Part shown: in pieces, positions 30,746 through 39,984 of the stretch
How positions within the stretch are numbered: position 1 is the first letter of the stretch
How the letters are laid out: each line of letters opens with the position of its first letter
Assembly (NCBI GenBank): GCA_011944185.1
Contig: GCA_011944185.1_3921.1
DNA length: 40,116 nucleotides
Origin: a phage
Direction: 5' to 3' (one strand)
Position numbers and translations under genes: made by a program
Notes under the pieces: generated by a model
Told to the model about the DNA's origin: nothing
Database searches by the model: none
Seen by the model: only the letters and a program-made list of their open reading frames with translations

Positions 30746-31291
30746 TCAAAAGTGTCCTTTTACTTGTGGAACATAAATTTCAAAAGTTGCTTTACCATCA
30801 TCTGATGGTTTTGACTGTACCTTTGTAAACACACGGTTATCATACAGCTTCTCAAAGAAGTTTTCAAAAGGTAAATGCACAGTGGCCTCTTCAGTAACTT
30901 TATGGAAAACAGTATGGAACACCACACTAGCATACGGTAAAGCATTGACAAGGATACCTGCACCACCAATTACAAAGACATCTTCATCAATAGAGCTATC
31001 AAGATACTTCAAAAATGCTCCAAATGACTCTTTACTGGCTTTAGCATACATTACATCATCTTTGCCAAAGTCTATGCCTAAGTAGGGTACAGAATTTGTT
31101 AAGATGAGGTTTGCACGTTCTGGTAAAGGTTTACTACCCAGAGTCTTGAAAGTCTCGTTACCCATCACTACTAAGTTGTTTTTAGTGAGTCTCTTAAACT
31201 CTTGCATGTCTTGTTTATGTCGAGGCCACGGCATACCAGTTGGAGTACCAAACTCACCATTTTCACCACTTGCAAAGATTAATTTAATCAT
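30746..31291 (-). CDS. folA: dihydrofolate reductase
   Basis: N-terminal MIKLIFASGENGEFGTPTGMPWP and VVMGNETFKTLG pattern typical of DHFR; 181 aa. Confidence 0.8.
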   Translation of the reverse strand: MIKLIFASGENGEFGTPTGMPWPRHKQDMQEFKRLTKNNLVVMGNETFKTLGSKPLPERANLILTNSVPYLGIDFGKDDVMYAKASKESFGAFLKYLDSSIDEDVFVIGGAGILVNALPYASVVFHTVFHKVTEEATVHLPFENFFEKLYDNRVFTKVQSKPSDDGKATFEIYVPQVKGHF

Positions 31292-31548
31292 TTTGTAAAT
31301 CCTTTCTTAATGAACCAGTTGATAACATTCTTCACCGCTTTATTGCTGTGGTAGATTAAGTGTGGTGTAGGTTGGTATGAACCATAAGCCCAGAAAGCGA
31401 TAATTTCATTACACCCTGTGCATCGGGTACTTTCTTCAGCAATATGACCGTTGACTATTTCACTTACCTCACCTTGCAAGTCTGTACACCCACAATGTGG
31501 GCATCGGATAGGCGTTCCATCAGACTCATAGCAGTGTTCAATTTTCAT
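31288..31548 (-). CDS. Zn-ribbon small protein (86 aa)
   Basis: CPHCGC ... CTGC cysteine pairs. Confidence 0.45.
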   Translation of the reverse strand: MKIEHCYESDGTPIRCPHCGCTDLQGEVSEIVNGHIAEESTRCTGCNEIIAFWAYGSYQPTPHLIYHSNKAVKNVINWFIKKGFTK

Positions 31549-32064
31549 CTATTTAACCTCAAAAACTGGTTCAAGAACCAATATAAAGTCTACACAGTCG
31601 TCTTCTTCATCCAGAATACCATCAAAGTTCTTAGGAACGAAGTCGAAGAGGCTCATCACAAAGCAGTCAGAAGTAACCCTGATAGTTCCTCCGATGTTCT
31701 CTACAGTTAACACTGTACGACTTTCTTTTACCTCTCGCAGAAGATTACTCACAAAGTCATCTAAGAAGTACTTCATCAGTGACTTGAAACCTTTAGGGTA
31801 ATCTGTACCAGAGTATGTTTCAATCTGAGGCACAAGCTTAACATTTATAATAGTCTTTGTTAAGAACGAGCTAGAGAACATACTATCAGGTAACTTACAA
31901 ACAATCTTACCAGTACCTTCATGTTCAATCTCAACAAAACCAGCTTCATCGCCACATGTAACTATTTTAAAAGATGCTTCATTCTCATACTGTGAAGCCA
32001 TAAACTTTTTAAGCATTTCTTTAAGGAAGTCTGCATGAGTATCTTGTAAGTAGATATCAATCAT
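31549..32064 (-). CDS. hypothetical protein (171 aa)
   Basis: ORF in a co-directional coupled array. Confidence 0.45.
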   Translation of the reverse strand: MIDIYLQDTHADFLKEMLKKFMASQYENEASFKIVTCGDEAGFVEIEHEGTGKIVCKLPDSMFSSSFLTKTIINVKLVPQIETYSGTDYPKGFKSLMKYFLDDFVSNLLREVKESRTVLTVENIGGTIRVTSDCFVMSLFDFVPKNFDGILDEEDDCVDFILVLEPVFEVK

Positions 32065-32077
32065 AGTTAATCACCTA

Positions 32078-32437
32078 TTATGGGAACAGACACTTGATGT
32101 CATCATTTTTGAAAACGAAACTTGTGTAGTTGTGTCCATCAACATCTAGCCAAACAGCCTGAACATCTACACCATCAAGATTCTGGTAAAGCTCTTTGAT
32201 GAAGTGGTCTTTCACAATCTGGCTGCTAGTTGTCTCCAGCTTAATGTTCGAGATTGCTGAACCTACAGCCATATAGCCCATGACACGTTTCTTCTCAGTA
32301 TGCTTAATCTTACCATCTTTGTAAGCCATAATGAGATTGGAGAGAATCTTCACACCATAATACTTTTCAAGGTGAGTCGGTACACCATAAAAGCCTAATG
32401 CGAAGTTTTCAGAGTGGATAATGTTTTCACGTTTCAT
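32078..32437 (-). CDS. hypothetical protein (119 aa)
   Basis: ORF in a co-directional coupled array. Confidence 0.45.
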   Translation of the reverse strand: MKRENIIHSENFALGFYGVPTHLEKYYGVKILSNLIMAYKDGKIKHTEKKRVMGYMAVGSAISNIKLETTSSQIVKDHFIKELYQNLDGVDVQAVWLDVDGHNYTSFVFKNDDIKCLFP

Positions 32438-32438
32438 A

Positions 32439-32768
32439 TTAATCTGCCAGCCTTAAATTAAAATTAACACCAAATTTTTCGCATACTTCCAACATATACT
32501 CAAGGGAGACATTACCAGTGAGGTGGATTATGTTGGATACGCGAGCCTGAGAGATACCACAAATTTTAGCAACTTGCTCTTGAGAAAGACCTCTGGATTT
32601 AATCTCTCTCTTAAAACGATGTGCAACGAAGTCTCTCATTTCGTCTACATCCATTGGACAAATATAACTCTCCATTTCAGCCTCTCTGTCAGCCTCCCAA
32701 TCATCTTGTGGAGCATAAGGGTCAAAAGTCTCATTCATCTTTCTTCTTCCGTTTGCGTGAAGTGTCAA
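32439..32768 (-). CDS. HTH (XRE-like) DNA-binding protein
   Basis: C-terminal helix-turn-helix LSQEQVAKICGISQARVSNIIH; true start may be the internal Met at 32738. Confidence 0.55.
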   Translation of the reverse strand: MTLHANGRRKMNETFDPYAPQDDWEADREAEMESYICPMDVDEMRDFVAHRFKREIKSRGLSQEQVAKICGISQARVSNIIHLTGNVSLEYMLEVCEKFGVNFNLRLAD

Positions 32769-32943
32769 TCAATGAATCTATGTTTGTTGCCCTAACCTTT
32801 TCACGTTCATCGTTAAGATAATCGTCAAGAACCTTTTCAATCTGTGAATCATCTTGACAGATAACTGTAAAGACTGTAAAGCCATCTGTATCGTCAATTA
32901 TCTTACCATAACCGCTTCTGGGATGTAACTTTTTAAGAGCCAT
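32731..32943 (-). CDS. hypothetical small protein (70 aa)
   Basis: ORF overlapping the start of the HTH gene. Confidence 0.35.
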   Translation of the reverse strand: MALKKLHPRSGYGKIIDDTDGFTVFTVICQDDSQIEKVLDDYLNDEREKVRATNIDSLIDTSRKRKKKDE

Positions 32944-32944
32944 A

Positions 32945-33328
32945 TCAAATACCTATGCAGCTTCTGTTTTCTAAGAAATACTCAACACCATACATAGCTT
33001 TTTGCATCAAATCTTCTTTAAACTGGATGCGATGATTGAGCATAGCCTGTACATCAATATCATCATGGTGCTTCTCTTTAATATTTGCAGATTGCAGGAA
33101 ATACTCTGCAAGAACGCGATATTGATAGTCAGTCACCTTATCAGTCATCTCTGTTAAAGACTCTTCAGAGATTGGTTTAAGTAGCTCGCCATTAGCTAGA
33201 GCAACACCTTTAACAATCTGACAAGTGTCTTCTGGAACACCTGATAAGTCCACATTTGGGAGTTCTGTTGCATTGACTGGTAAATTCATTGCCATAACCA
33301 TTGCAGCAGCTAATAAAATCTTTTTCAT
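32945..33328 (-). CDS. secreted/periplasmic protein with signal peptide (127 aa)
   Basis: N-terminal MKKILLAAAMVMAMNLPVNA signal-peptide-like segment; first gene after the regulatory region. Confidence 0.5.
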   Translation of the reverse strand: MKKILLAAAMVMAMNLPVNATELPNVDLSGVPEDTCQIVKGVALANGELLKPISEESLTEMTDKVTDYQYRVLAEYFLQSANIKEKHHDDIDVQAMLNHRIQFKEDLMQKAMYGVEYFLENRSCIGI

Positions 33329-33371
33329 AATGACCTCAAAGTTATATTAAATTTTGTATTACATTGAGTAT

Positions 33372-33417
33372 AAAAATAAGCTATAACACCTGACTTGTCA
33401 ACAGATTTTATAGCTTA
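33372..33417 (-). promoter_or_regulatory. promoter (-35 TTGACA, -10 TATTTT) overlapped by a 10-bp inverted-repeat operator-like site
   Basis: - strand TTGACA (+ coords 33396-33401), 17-nt spacer, TATTTT (33373-33378); arms taagctataa 33377-33386 and ttatagctta 33408-33417 flank the -35. Confidence 0.45.
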
Positions 33418-33760
33418 TCTGGCAGATTTTTTATAAGGCTACTGCCATCCTTCCATACCAGACCACACCATGCAAAACCAGACTTCACATCGCCTTGCCG
33501 TGCAATACATTACTTAAAAACCCTCTTAAAAGACTCTTAAGTGATTCTGGTGAGTACCTGTTGGTTTATGCTGCTCAGTATACTCACCAAATTTTCTATG
33601 TCAACAACTTTTATATAAAAGTCCTGATAGCTATATGTGTTACAAAACAGAAGATTGTGAACAAGACACCCATTGCAAAGGATGTGTTCAAAAGTTTACT
33701 TGTTATGTAAGACAATACAAAGACAACTAATGCAAACAGAATGATTATGCTTAACATAGC

Positions 33761-34864
33761 TTACTCATAATCCCTAATAACTAGCCCAACAGGAAACTGT
33801 AAAGAACCCTTACGAGTCATCTTCTGGAACTGTACCGTCAAAGGTTTCCCGATAAACTCTTCAGGATGCTCAGCAAGATACTGTTTCTTCTCATGAGTAG
33901 TCTTCCATGAGACATCTACAAAGATGTTAGGAAGAGTCTCTACAACGAACTTGCCATGACCACGCTTATCAGTCTTTACACCAGTCACTTTAAACTCTTC
34001 AGTGTGCATCTTCTTGTGCTTAATCAAGAAGTATGAACGGTGACAACACTCATAGAAGGAGTCTTCAGAGATTGAACGGTACATTGCACCTTCAAACTTA
34101 GCTTCAACCCACTTATCATGAGCTTCATCAAACTCTTCCCAAGAATTTACACGACGAGACTTAACAGGGACAACTTTACAGCCATCTCTAAAGTCATTCA
34201 ATGGTGAAGTCTCAATAATATCTCTACGCTCAGGCCACGTCTTAGTACTGTCACAGATATCATACCAGTAAAACTTAAGTAGATGACGGTCAGGATTGTC
34301 TTCATTTTTAATCATAGAGACAATATCTTCTAAGTCCCACCCATGAGCATAAATCTCACCATCAAATTCATCAACATCTTTGTGGAGCCTTAACATTGCC
34401 ATAATGTCAGGTATTAGCTCAGTAGGTATTTTATAAACAGTATTCTCACGAGAGTATGCTGTAAATACACTACCAATGCTTAAGTGTCTTGAAATTCTAC
34501 AACGGACACCATCAAGTTTTGGTTGAGCATCAGCAGGAAATATCAAATACTTTGCATGACTAACCTTTGCAGCATCATGAGCAAGCTGTACACCTACCTT
34601 CTCAGTATTCTGTGCAGACTCTTTCGTGTAAGCATAACCTTTACGGTCAACTTGCTTTTTATACTTAGCAGCAACTTCAAAGAGGGCTTGCTGTTCAGCA
34701 TTACGCTCATTCTTTTTACCGATGTTTTTAGGTTCTGCTGTATACTCTTCAAACATCATCTTGCCATTTTCTTTACCGTAGGTTGTAATAACTTTGTCAC
34801 CTACAGCAACGCATGACCAAACGTTGAAAGAGCCGTCTTTATTTTGTTTGTATAGAATTGTCAT
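33761..34864 (-). CDS. ATP-dependent DNA ligase
   Basis: adenylation motif I KLDG (QPKLDGVRC); 367 aa. Confidence 0.8.
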   Translation of the reverse strand: MTILYKQNKDGSFNVWSCVAVGDKVITTYGKENGKMMFEEYTAEPKNIGKKNERNAEQQALFEVAAKYKKQVDRKGYAYTKESAQNTEKVGVQLAHDAAKVSHAKYLIFPADAQPKLDGVRCRISRHLSIGSVFTAYSRENTVYKIPTELIPDIMAMLRLHKDVDEFDGEIYAHGWDLEDIVSMIKNEDNPDRHLLKFYWYDICDSTKTWPERRDIIETSPLNDFRDGCKVVPVKSRRVNSWEEFDEAHDKWVEAKFEGAMYRSISEDSFYECCHRSYFLIKHKKMHTEEFKVTGVKTDKRGHGKFVVETLPNIFVDVSWKTTHEKKQYLAEHPEEFIGKPLTVQFQKMTRKGSLQFPVGLVIRDYE

Positions 34865-34869
34865 TCAAA

Positions 34870-35394
34870 TTACCTTAGCATGTGTGATTTTACTGGAATA
34901 AAGATACCAAATTGTGAGACTGCTAAACCAGATAGTGATATACACTGTTCAGGTAAGTACACAAAAGCCCCTGTGTAGAAGTCTATAAAAGAACCATCAT
35001 CTTGTTTGCAGGCTAGTTTTCCATAACCATAGTTGTACAACTTTAATGAACCATCATCATACTTTGAGTAGTTCTTGAACTGAACATTAAAAGCATATTC
35101 AGAGAATCTTGTGTACAGGTCATAAAGCAATCCAATACTGTCGTCGACTATTGCTACACCAAACTTTTTACAAATATCCACATAGTTTTTGTATAATTTA
35201 TTATGATTTTCAGGTGTTGCAAAGTTTGTATACCAATGTTCTAAGATAGATAACTTAATTGGCTGATTTTTAGAATATTCTAATACCTTCATGTCATACC
35301 AAGATTTCCTAAGTCTGACATCATCTAGCCTTAAATTTTGAGACACTTCACGGAAGTTTTTGATGATTATATTTCTGCGCCTATTGTCAATCAT
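34870..35394 (-). CDS. hypothetical protein
   Basis: ORF 34870..35418 in the track; start placed at the internal ATG at 35394, which follows the upstream stop. Confidence 0.4.
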   Translation of the reverse strand: MIDNRRRNIIIKNFREVSQNLRLDDVRLRKSWYDMKVLEYSKNQPIKLSILEHWYTNFATPENHNKLYKNYVDICKKFGVAIVDDSIGLLYDLYTRFSEYAFNVQFKNYSKYDDGSLKLYNYGYGKLACKQDDGSFIDFYTGAFVYLPEQCISLSGLAVSQFGIFIPVKSHMLR

Positions 35395-35396
35395 AA

Positions 35397-35588
35397 TCAG
35401 CCCTCTGAGTGATACCAAGTATTACAAGCATTACATGCGTAAAGCTCTAAGTCATTTTTATCTGGTTTATGAAAACAGTTTGCTCCGCAGTGGCAACGAA
35501 ACGGCTTTCCACCAACTGTCAGGATGAAGGATTGAACCTTTCCATCTGGAGTTCGTACAGCATTTTTATGCTTATCTTCTTTGTTCAT
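35397..35588 (-). CDS. Zn-ribbon small protein (63 aa)
   Basis: CHCGANC ... CNAC cysteine pairs. Confidence 0.45.
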   Translation of the reverse strand: MNKEDKHKNAVRTPDGKVQSFILTVGGKPFRCHCGANCFHKPDKNDLELYACNACNTWYHSEG

Positions 35589-35890
35589 TTTCTCTTACCA
35601 CCAATCTCTACGTCAATAACTTGAACATCACCAGCAACATCAAACTTATGAATGATGCTTTCCACAGTGTAAGTCCAACCCTCGATTCGAACCAACTCAC
35701 CTTCTCGTGGGACGATTGGATTACGTTGAGCTACGGTTGTAGTGGAGTGAACAACATCATAACGATAGGTATAGTTTACTAGGACTTCCATCGTGAAAAC
35801 CTCACTCAATAACCGTAGTATGTGATTGTCCATTTTTGCCATAGCTGTAAGATGTTGTTGTTTGAGAGTTTGGACATCTGACAACAACAA
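35585..35890 (-). CDS. hypothetical protein (start uncertain)
   Basis: ORF overlaps the upstream lipoprotein gene unless it starts at an internal Met. Confidence 0.35.
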   Translation of the reverse strand: MLLSDVQTLKQQHLTAMAKMDNHILRLLSEVFTMEVLVNYTYRYDVVHSTTTVAQRNPIVPREGELVRIEGWTYTVESIIHKFDVAGDVQVIDVEIGGKRK

Positions 35891-36062
35891 TATCTCTGCT
35901 TATAGCGTCACCATGTAACTTGTATACTCTGCAATCTTGCATCTCTGGTGGGAGACTGTAAGAAGCATTTTTATCTTCATAAGAAGGGTTGCAGCCAGAT
36001 AGAAAAATAACACCAAGCACAATTACTGCTTTCCACATAGCACTTCTCCTATTACTGTTCAC
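35802..36062 (-). CDS. putative lipoprotein (86 aa)
   Basis: signal peptide with lipobox: MNSNRRSAMWKAVIVLGVIFLSGC (L-S-G-C). Confidence 0.55.
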   Translation of the reverse strand: MNSNRRSAMWKAVIVLGVIFLSGCNPSYEDKNASYSLPPEMQDCRVYKLHGDAISRDIVVVRCPNSQTTTSYSYGKNGQSHTTVIE

Positions 36063-36294
36063 GATGTTCTACTTCTCTGTACGTTCGCCGGTAGTTTATA
36101 ATAAGCTGTGCTAACTCGTTGCTTTTAACATCTGAACGTAGCAGTTGCCAATCAAAACCTTTACCGACTCTTCCATACAAACTGAATAATTTTACTTTGC
36201 GTTTCATTTTGGTATACCAATACTCAGAGGTCAATATTAATACGTTCGCCCTTAAGGACTCCTGTACGGTCTCTTGCAATCTTGCCGTCAACAA
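36052..36294 (-). CDS. hypothetical basic small protein
   Basis: ORF; may start at internal MKRKVK (about 36207). Confidence 0.35.
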   Translation of the reverse strand: MLTARLQETVQESLRANVLILTSEYWYTKMKRKVKLFSLYGRVGKGFDWQLLRSDVKSNELAQLIINYRRTYREVEHREQ

Positions 36295-36451
36295 TAAGGA
36301 TGTGTGCAGACTCTAAACAGTCGCCATTAAAAGCTTTTACGAACTTACTAGGCATCACTACAATGGACATCTCCTGAATCAACTCTGGAGTATAGCAATT
36401 GTCGTGAAGTTGCTGAATAACGTCTGCAAGTGTCATTTTTGATGTCTCCAA
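36224..36451 (-). CDS. hypothetical small protein (75 aa)
   Basis: ORF in a co-directional array. Confidence 0.35.
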   Translation of the reverse strand: METSKMTLADVIQQLHDNCYTPELIQEMSIVVMPSKFVKAFNGDCLESAHILIVDGKIARDRTGVLKGERINIDL

Positions 36452-36642
36452 TACTCAATATCAATAAGTTCTTGTGCAATGCTTTTCAGATTGCCTTTCA
36501 AGAAAACCTTCTCAGAACCTGAAAGAGATGAATTGTCAATTAACCTGTTCATTCTCTCAAACAACTTCTGCTTACGATTCTTGATAGTTTCCTTTGAAGC
36601 ACCTTTCATCATCGCTGCATGGGTTCTTCCACGATGGCTCAT
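36433..36642 (-). CDS. hypothetical basic small protein (69 aa)
   Basis: ORF in a co-directional array. Confidence 0.35.
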   Translation of the reverse strand: MSHRGRTHAAMMKGASKETIKNRKQKLFERMNRLIDNSSLSGSEKVFLKGNLKSIAQELIDIEYWRHQK

Positions 36643-36693
36643 AAGCCCTCCTATATAAGATATTGTATAAGGTACTCTTCCATGAGCACCTTG

Positions 36694-37209
36694 TCAACTT
36701 AGTTTTGCAAATTCTCCGTGGAGTTTAATAGCAGCTTCACAGTAAGCTTTATGGGCTTCTTCTTCTGTTGTGTATGTCCCTATATGTATAGTCTTGCCAT
36801 TATGGTTAATCTGGGCTATCCACTTACCAGACTTGCTTCTACTTGTACCTTTTAAGTTTTTTGATGTTCTAGGTTGTCTCCTATTGGACATGTTCTGCTC
36901 TTTTGTGGCCTCTCTTAGATTGTCCCAAGCGTTATTCAAACCATCTCCATCTTTGTGGTCAATGTGTTTATCAGGCCACTTACCTGTCATCCAGAACCAA
37001 GCAATTCGGTGATTGCCTGTCCTGTATCCTAAAATCTGTGTGTGCATATACACACCAGACCTTGTGCGCTTGATTGCTCCGGCTTGGCTCCCAATAACCA
37101 CCCTACTACTATGTGGAGGTCTGCCAATCCACGTTAAGACCCCTGTTTCGGGGTCATAGTTTAACCAAGACTTTAACTGTTCATGTGTGAATCCACAATC
37201 TCGCATCAA
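36694..37209 (-). CDS. HNH homing endonuclease with AP2-like DNA-binding domain
   Basis: HNH_3-like IDHKDGDGLNNAWDNLREAT; C-terminal AP2-like KSGKWIAQINHNGKTIHIGTYTTEEEAHKAY; overlaps the stop of the polymerase gene. Confidence 0.75.
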   Translation of the reverse strand: MMRDCGFTHEQLKSWLNYDPETGVLTWIGRPPHSSRVVIGSQAGAIKRTRSGVYMHTQILGYRTGNHRIAWFWMTGKWPDKHIDHKDGDGLNNAWDNLREATKEQNMSNRRQPRTSKNLKGTSRSKSGKWIAQINHNGKTIHIGTYTTEEEAHKAYCEAAIKLHGEFAKLS

Positions 37210-39905
37210 TGTACCTCATACCAGCTTTTACCAACCTTACCAGTACCTGTAACAAGCGTTTCTTTCTTAAGACCTAAGTTCTTAGAAGCTTGTCCATAAT
37301 ACCAGTCAGTAACTGCTTTCACTTCTGCCGTCATACTTTCTGGACATTCCCAACTCGTCTCGTCGTGATATGCGCAGAGTAAACGAGCACCAATAGCTGG
37401 TTTACGCCCATTTAACTTCATCAAGCCTTCGTCAATCATACGACGGCAAGCAAGGTTAATTGCCTCATTTTGAATCTGAGCCTCTGAACCCATGAGCAAA
37501 TAATTCAACAACTTATGTGGAGATTTACACCACAACCAAGCTCCAGCAACCTTTACAAAACCCCCTTTAGAGATTGCAGCGGTCTTACCAAACACCTCTT
37601 CAAGAGCCTTTTTAGTTGCTTTGTAGTCAGCTTCCAAGTTATCTAATAGTTTCTTAATCTTTGGCAAACGCACAAAGTAAGTCTGTTTAGTTAATGCACC
37701 TTCCTGAGTAGTTGCAGCTTTAATCGTCTTAGCAAACTTTTCATCACCTGCACCGAACAGTAGTGCATAGATACCATTCTTAGCTTTCTTACGACCTTTG
37801 CTAATCTCATGAAGAAGATTCTCATCCTGAGTAGCTCGACAAGTCAAGATATCCTGCTCATCATTCAAGCTAAAGTAAATACTGTTCAGTGTATGTGCAT
37901 CAGTCCCTGAATAGACAACGTACAGGTCATTCTCAGAGTCATAGCGAAGGTACTTATCAATCTCTGGGTTTAGGTACTCATCAAAATGTTTGCAGTAATA
38001 GCGTCCATCTTCTTGACGAATAAACTCAATCTCTTCTTTACCTTGCGTTACCGCTTTGGTGAAGTCTTTGTCACCCATAAAGTTACAAAGGAGAACTAGC
38101 TGGGCTGAGTTCATGTCTACAGAGACAACATTAGTACCTTCTTCACAAATCCACACTGCCCTCATTGGTTCCCCATAGACAGCAGCACCAGACGGTACGT
38201 TTACAATACCATATTGTGTCATACGTCCAGTTGAAGTACCAAATACCATTGCACCAGCACTAAGGCGACCATCTGGACGAATCTGGTTCAGCCAACCTTT
38301 CTCGTCATCCTTTGAGTTCTCAATAGTTCTGCGTCTGTGCATCAAAGTGTAGTACTTAGCAATCTTCTGTCCAAGCTCACCTTCAATCGTATCATAAGAT
38401 GATTCAGTAAGTTTTGGTGAAGTACGGATTAAGCAAGGTTCAAGCAAATCTGTGTATTTCTTCACGGACCAGTTATGCTCAATGTACTGAACACCTTCAT
38501 GTTCAACATAACTCAAACCACACCGCTCAACCATTTCCTGCCACTTAGGATGTTTTGTAATCATCTTTTTATTGTCTTTGAAACGACAAACTTTGACAGG
38601 GCGACCATCTGAGTCTTTCTTGTAGTTCCAGTCATCTGGAATCCAACCAACTGATTTCAAGTAGTCTTTAACAACTGCTACCTGAGTCATGCGAGAAACT
38701 TCGAACTCAATTGGTGTATATGGTGCATCAATCAAACCTGTGTAGCGACTTGACTCAAGTTCAAAGTGGTTAACAACGTGACTGTTATAGTACTTCACAG
38801 TTTTGACTGTTTTCACTGGCTTCCAGTCTTTGCATTTCTTACCAATCTTTGCATTCAACTCATTGCAAATTGCACGAGCATCCTTCATTGCTACAAAGCC
38901 TTCCTTGTACTCTTCACCAGTTACAGAGTTGGTTGGGGTGTAGCAATTTCTCTTTTCAATGTTAAAAATCTTTGTAGTTGGCTTACCAAATGGCTTGATT
39001 TCGTATGTCTGCATCTCACCGTTACGTACCTGCTGACGGTACTTTGTCTTAGGGTACTTGGTAATTCTCTTCAGTCCATCTGCATGACCGAATGCTTCAA
39101 CATACTCATTCCAAGCTTTTGCAAACTCTTCTCCAGTGACTTTACCTTTGGTCTTAATAGTTGGAGGAAGATGTGGTTCAACTTCTGAAGCAAGCTCATT
39201 AGTCAACTTGTCAAGTTCCTTTACATGAAACTCCATAAGCTCCTTATCAGCTTTCCAACCATTGATAGCTTGTTGACTCATCCAGAAAGATGTTTCTTTA
39301 GCTCGCATATAGGTTTCATAAGTATCTATGCCACACTTCTTAAGCTTGAGATACTCATTATCAAGTGCCCGTTTAGTTTTGGCGTTAATACGGATATCTT
39401 CTACAACACGAGTGAAGATTTCTGCATTCCACACACCCCAATGTTCAATCTCTGGTTTACGAACACCAACACGAGCACCCCATGCAGCCAAGCCATGAGC
39501 ACCTTTATAGCCTTTTGGAGTTGGCCTATCCATCCACTGAACACGAGACTGAATAAGAGAATCCTGAAAGAAATTACTCCACGGCTTACATTTTGGATTA
39601 TCAAAGTTCCATAAATCCGGTGCAATGTGATTGAAAACCCACCAGTCATAACCGAGGCCATTATGGATACAAAGTCGTTTTGCCTTTAACGCAAACTCAA
39701 CACCTTCACGTAAACCACCCTTAATGTACTTAGTGTACTTGTGACCGAGGATAGGCTCATCTGTAAAGACCCATACAGGTGGCTCTTCATCGTCAGATTT
39801 ATAGTCTGCAAAAGCCATTACGTGAACTTTAGTGAACTCAAGGAGTAAACCATCAGTTTCTGTATCACCAACTAAATGTAAGTTTTTAAAATCTACGTTT
39901 TCCAT
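37206..39905 (-). CDS. DNA polymerase, family A, with 3'-5' exonuclease domain
   Basis: Exo I DTETDG; motif A-like VVSVDMNSAQL; motif B-like KNGIYALLFGAG; motif C YHDE; ATG at 39905 with GAGGGAG RBS (the track starts 30 nt further upstream at 39935). Confidence 0.88.
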   Translation of the reverse strand: MENVDFKNLHLVGDTETDGLLLEFTKVHVMAFADYKSDDEEPPVWVFTDEPILGHKYTKYIKGGLREGVEFALKAKRLCIHNGLGYDWWVFNHIAPDLWNFDNPKCKPWSNFFQDSLIQSRVQWMDRPTPKGYKGAHGLAAWGARVGVRKPEIEHWGVWNAEIFTRVVEDIRINAKTKRALDNEYLKLKKCGIDTYETYMRAKETSFWMSQQAINGWKADKELMEFHVKELDKLTNELASEVEPHLPPTIKTKGKVTGEEFAKAWNEYVEAFGHADGLKRITKYPKTKYRQQVRNGEMQTYEIKPFGKPTTKIFNIEKRNCYTPTNSVTGEEYKEGFVAMKDARAICNELNAKIGKKCKDWKPVKTVKTVKYYNSHVVNHFELESSRYTGLIDAPYTPIEFEVSRMTQVAVVKDYLKSVGWIPDDWNYKKDSDGRPVKVCRFKDNKKMITKHPKWQEMVERCGLSYVEHEGVQYIEHNWSVKKYTDLLEPCLIRTSPKLTESSYDTIEGELGQKIAKYYTLMHRRRTIENSKDDEKGWLNQIRPDGRLSAGAMVFGTSTGRMTQYGIVNVPSGAAVYGEPMRAVWICEEGTNVVSVDMNSAQLVLLCNFMGDKDFTKAVTQGKEEIEFIRQEDGRYYCKHFDEYLNPEIDKYLRYDSENDLYVVYSGTDAHTLNSIYFSLNDEQDILTCRATQDENLLHEISKGRKKAKNGIYALLFGAGDEKFAKTIKAATTQEGALTKQTYFVRLPKIKKLLDNLEADYKATKKALEEVFGKTAAISKGGFVKVAGAWLWCKSPHKLLNYLLMGSEAQIQNEAINLACRRMIDEGLMKLNGRKPAIGARLLCAYHDETSWECPESMTAEVKAVTDWYYGQASKNLGLKKETLVTGTGKVGKSWYEVH

Positions 39906-39950
39906 TTTTACTCCCTCTAAAATCATTAACCTCATACATTACTGCAAAAA

Positions 39951-39984
39951 ATTATAAAAAGCAAGTTGACAATGTACTTGACAA
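39951..39984 (-). promoter_or_regulatory. candidate promoter for the polymerase operon (perfect -10 TATAAT on - strand)
   Basis: + strand attata at 39951-39956 is TATAAT on -, about 45 nt upstream of the start; two TTGTCA/TTGACA hexamers nearby but none at ideal spacing. Confidence 0.3.

Noticed and set aside
33495-33710. 71-aa ORF on the + strand in the large intergenic gap
   Set aside because: No RBS, opposite to the surrounding - strand transcription, low-complexity AT-rich sequence; more likely regulatory DNA.
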